A stretch of DNA of 45,822 nt from an uncultured bacterium (lineage in GTDB: Bacteria > Bipolaricaulota > Bipolaricaulia > UBA7950 > UBA9294), in the NCBI GenBank assembly GCA_903839615.1, contig CAIMCX010000039.1:1-45822 (forward strand), in the 5' to 3' direction. A program made the position numbers and the translations under genes. Below the pieces are notes generated by a model. That model was not told the origin of the DNA and searched no databases. It saw nothing but the letters and a program-made list of their open reading frames with translations. Position 1 is the stretch's first letter, and every line of letters begins with the position of its first letter. This document shows positions 44,139 through 45,822 of this stretch, piece by piece.

Positions 44139-44762
44139 TCAGGTTCCGAAGATCCGGTCGCCTGCATCTCCCAGGCCCGGGAGGATGTACCCTTTCGCGT
44201 TCAGCTCCCGATCGAGAGCCGCGCTGTAAATGGGCACGTTGGGGTGGGCCGCGGAGAACGCGGCCACGCCTTCCGGGGATGCGACGAGACAGAGGAACTG
44301 GATGTGCCGTCCGCCGCGCTCCTTGATCAGCTGGGCGGCCGCGATGGCGCTCCCGCCGGTGGCCAGCATCGGATCAACCAGGATGATTCGGGCGTCCTCG
44401 AGGTCGGGGGGTAGCTTGCAGTAGTACTCGACCGGCTGGAGTGTGTGGGGATCGCGGTATAGCCCCACATGGCCGATCCGCGCCATCGGAATGAGATCGA
44501 GCACGCCGCCGAGCATCCCCGTTCCCGCGCGGAGGATGGGGACGAGGACGACGCGTGCATCCAAGACGCGCCCCGTGGTTCGTTCGAGCGGCGTCGCGAG
44601 GTCGACCTCGCGCAGCGGGTAGTCCCGCGTGATCTCGTACACCATGAGAGCCGTCAACTCGTCGAGGAGACGGCGAAAGGTCTCGTTGTCCGTGCGCGCG
44701 TCGCGCATCCGCGTGAGCTTACTCTGGATCAGCGGGTGATCGATGATGTGCAGCGTTGCCAT
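44139..44762 (-). CDS. upp: Uracil phosphoribosyltransferase
   Basis: IIDHPLIQSKLTRMRD..T....FR.L..E......YE.TRD, ILRAG.GM, LVDPMLATGGSA, GLGDAGDRIFGT. Confidence 0.95.
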   Translation of the reverse strand: MATLHIIDHPLIQSKLTRMRDARTDNETFRRLLDELTALMVYEITRDYPLREVDLATPLERTTGRVLDARVVLVPILRAGTGMLGGVLDLIPMARIGHVGLYRDPHTLQPVEYYCKLPPDLEDARIILVDPMLATGGSAIAAAQLIKERGGRHIQFLCLVASPEGVAAFSAAHPNVPIYSAALDRELNAKGYILPGLGDAGDRIFGT

Positions 44763-44893
44763 GGGGTCTCCCGTAGGAGGACCTTATCCGATCAAGGGAA
44801 ACCTGACAAACGGCGCGACGTGCCGCCCTGGAGACGAGCGTCCGCTTCCCGGAGAGACCGACCGGGACCACGGGGACCCGCTCGCCGCCTGCG

Positions 44894-45175
44894 TTGCGGG
44901 CGCCGCCGGTGAGGTTTCCCTGCGTCTACGGGATCGACATGTCGACCGAGAGCGAGATCATCGCCGCGCGGCACTCGTCCGAGGACGTGCGACGGCTGAT
45001 CGGCGCCGATGCGTTGGTGTACCAGGATCTCGAGAGCCTCTGCAGGCTATATTCCGATCTCTCGTGCTGCATGGCCTGCTTCTCCGGCGAGTACCCGACC
45101 GGGCTTGATCCAGATGCGCTCGAGCGAGTGGGACGAGAGAAGCGGGAGTCGGGACGGGCGGGGCACGGCGCCTAG
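44894..45175 (+). pseudogene. purF: Remnant of amidophosphoribosyltransferase (purF): only the last 90 or so codons
   Basis: PPVRFPCVYGIDMSTESEIIAARHS.EDVRRLIGADALVYQDLESL.....CMACFSGEYP matches the extreme C-terminus of PurF, including Fe-S Cys ligand positions. An in-frame stop lies at 44804. upp starts only 131 nt upstream on the other strand, so about 1.2 kb of purF is absent. Confidence 0.7.
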
Positions 45176-45822
45176 AGAAGGGCCTCGATCAGGTCGCTGG
45201 AGAGGTCCGACGGGTGGCCGACGAACCGAATGACGCCCTGGCGGTCGATGACGTACGTCCTCGGGATGCCCACGTCGTTCCCCGACACGCCGTAGAGCTG
45301 GGCGATGGGGTTTCCCGCCTTTCCGCCCGGCTCCCACACGCTCGTGAAGTTCGTCAGCTCCTGCAGGGCGAGGAAGTTCACCGCGTCCGCCTCTGTTACG
45401 TCGGTGCTGACGACGACCGCTACGACGCCCCTCGACGCGTAGGCCTTCACGAGAGTGTCGAGGTGCGGCAGGGTCGCGCGACACGGGGGACACCACGCGC
45501 CCCAGAAGTCCAACAGGACGACGGATCCGCGGAGCATCGACAGCGTGACCGTCCCCCCGTCAGTCGTGTGCGCCGTGAAGTCAGGAGCCGTCTCGCCGGC
45601 AAGCAGGCCGATCGGCGGGCCGACATCGTCCACTGTAATCACGATGCTGTCCGATGCCGTGGCTCCCTGATCGTCGGTCACAGTGAGAAGGGCTTCGTAC
45701 GTCCCAGCAGCGTACGTATGATGCGCGACGATGTCGAAGTCGGACCCCGACTGCAGAGCGGACTCATCCCCGAATCGCAACTCGTAGGTCATCGGGCGAC
45801 CGAGCGGATGGACGGTATGCGA
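45172..45822 (-). CDS. PKD-domain plus TlpA-like thioredoxin-fold (thiol:disulfide oxidoreductase) protein, N-terminus outside the window
   Basis: The frame stays open to the window edge. AHHTYAAGTYEALLTVTDDQGATASDSIVITV (PKD), then APDFTA....G..V.LS.LRGSVVLLDFWGAWCPPCR (CxxC) ...PRTYVIDRQGVIR. Confidence 0.8.
   Translation of the reverse strand, partial: SHTVHPLGRPMTYELRFGDESALQSGSDFDIVAHHTYAAGTYEALLTVTDDQGATASDSIVITVDDVGPPIGLLAGETAPDFTAHTTDGGTVTLSMLRGSVVLLDFWGAWCPPCRATLPHLDTLVKAYASRGVVAVVVSTDVTEADAVNFLALQELTNFTSVWEPGGKAGNPIAQLYGVSGNDVGIPRTYVIDRQGVIRFVGHPSDLSSDLIEALL

Overview
This is a visibly GC-rich, tightly packed bacterial chromosomal segment with about 45 protein genes, one tRNA, and no rRNA, CRISPR array, transposase or integrase. 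Composition was not computed. Most of the content is housekeeping.

**Main gene content**
- A delta-alpha-beta-gamma 2-oxoacid:ferredoxin oxidoreductase operon.
- Translation and tRNA genes: rpmB, rpmF, tsaB, dtd, mtaB, serS, tgt, smpB, rsfS and a tRNA-Met(CAU).
- Other core genes: ribF, ruvB, tldD/pmbA, ftsZ, phoH, HU and upp.
- A UvrD-type helicase-nuclease.

**Envelope and secreted content**
- An ABC-2 transporter with a NosD-like beta-helix protein inserted between the ATPase and the permease.
- A second NosD-like protein fused to a DUF192-like domain.
- A 1042-aa PKD-repeat protein with a T9SS-type C-terminal domain, followed by a PorV/PorQ-like barrel. This suggests an uncultivated diderm, possibly FCB-like, but that is inference only.

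I found no clear-cut new defence or mobile system.

**Items most worth a second look**
1. A ParB/Srx-fold domain fused to a GlgE-like GH13 enzyme.
2. An FtsZ with a roughly 100-aa N-terminal extension and substituted GTP-binding loops, followed by a pseudo-receiver OmpR-family regulator.
3. The two NosD-like modules.
4. Inverted arrays of GTCCGNN heptamers flanking 121 nt next to smpB.
5. A purF C-terminal remnant.
6. A consensus-promoter tRNA-Met/RNase H-like/dtd unit in which the CDS starts 5 nt after the tRNA.
7. Five convergent gene pairs whose stop codons overlap in CTAG or CTAA.

**Limits of the evidence**
- All family calls come from reading motifs by eye in the supplied translations. 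No database search was run.
- Many long ORFs in the track are antisense or shadow ORFs typical of GC-rich DNA and were discarded.
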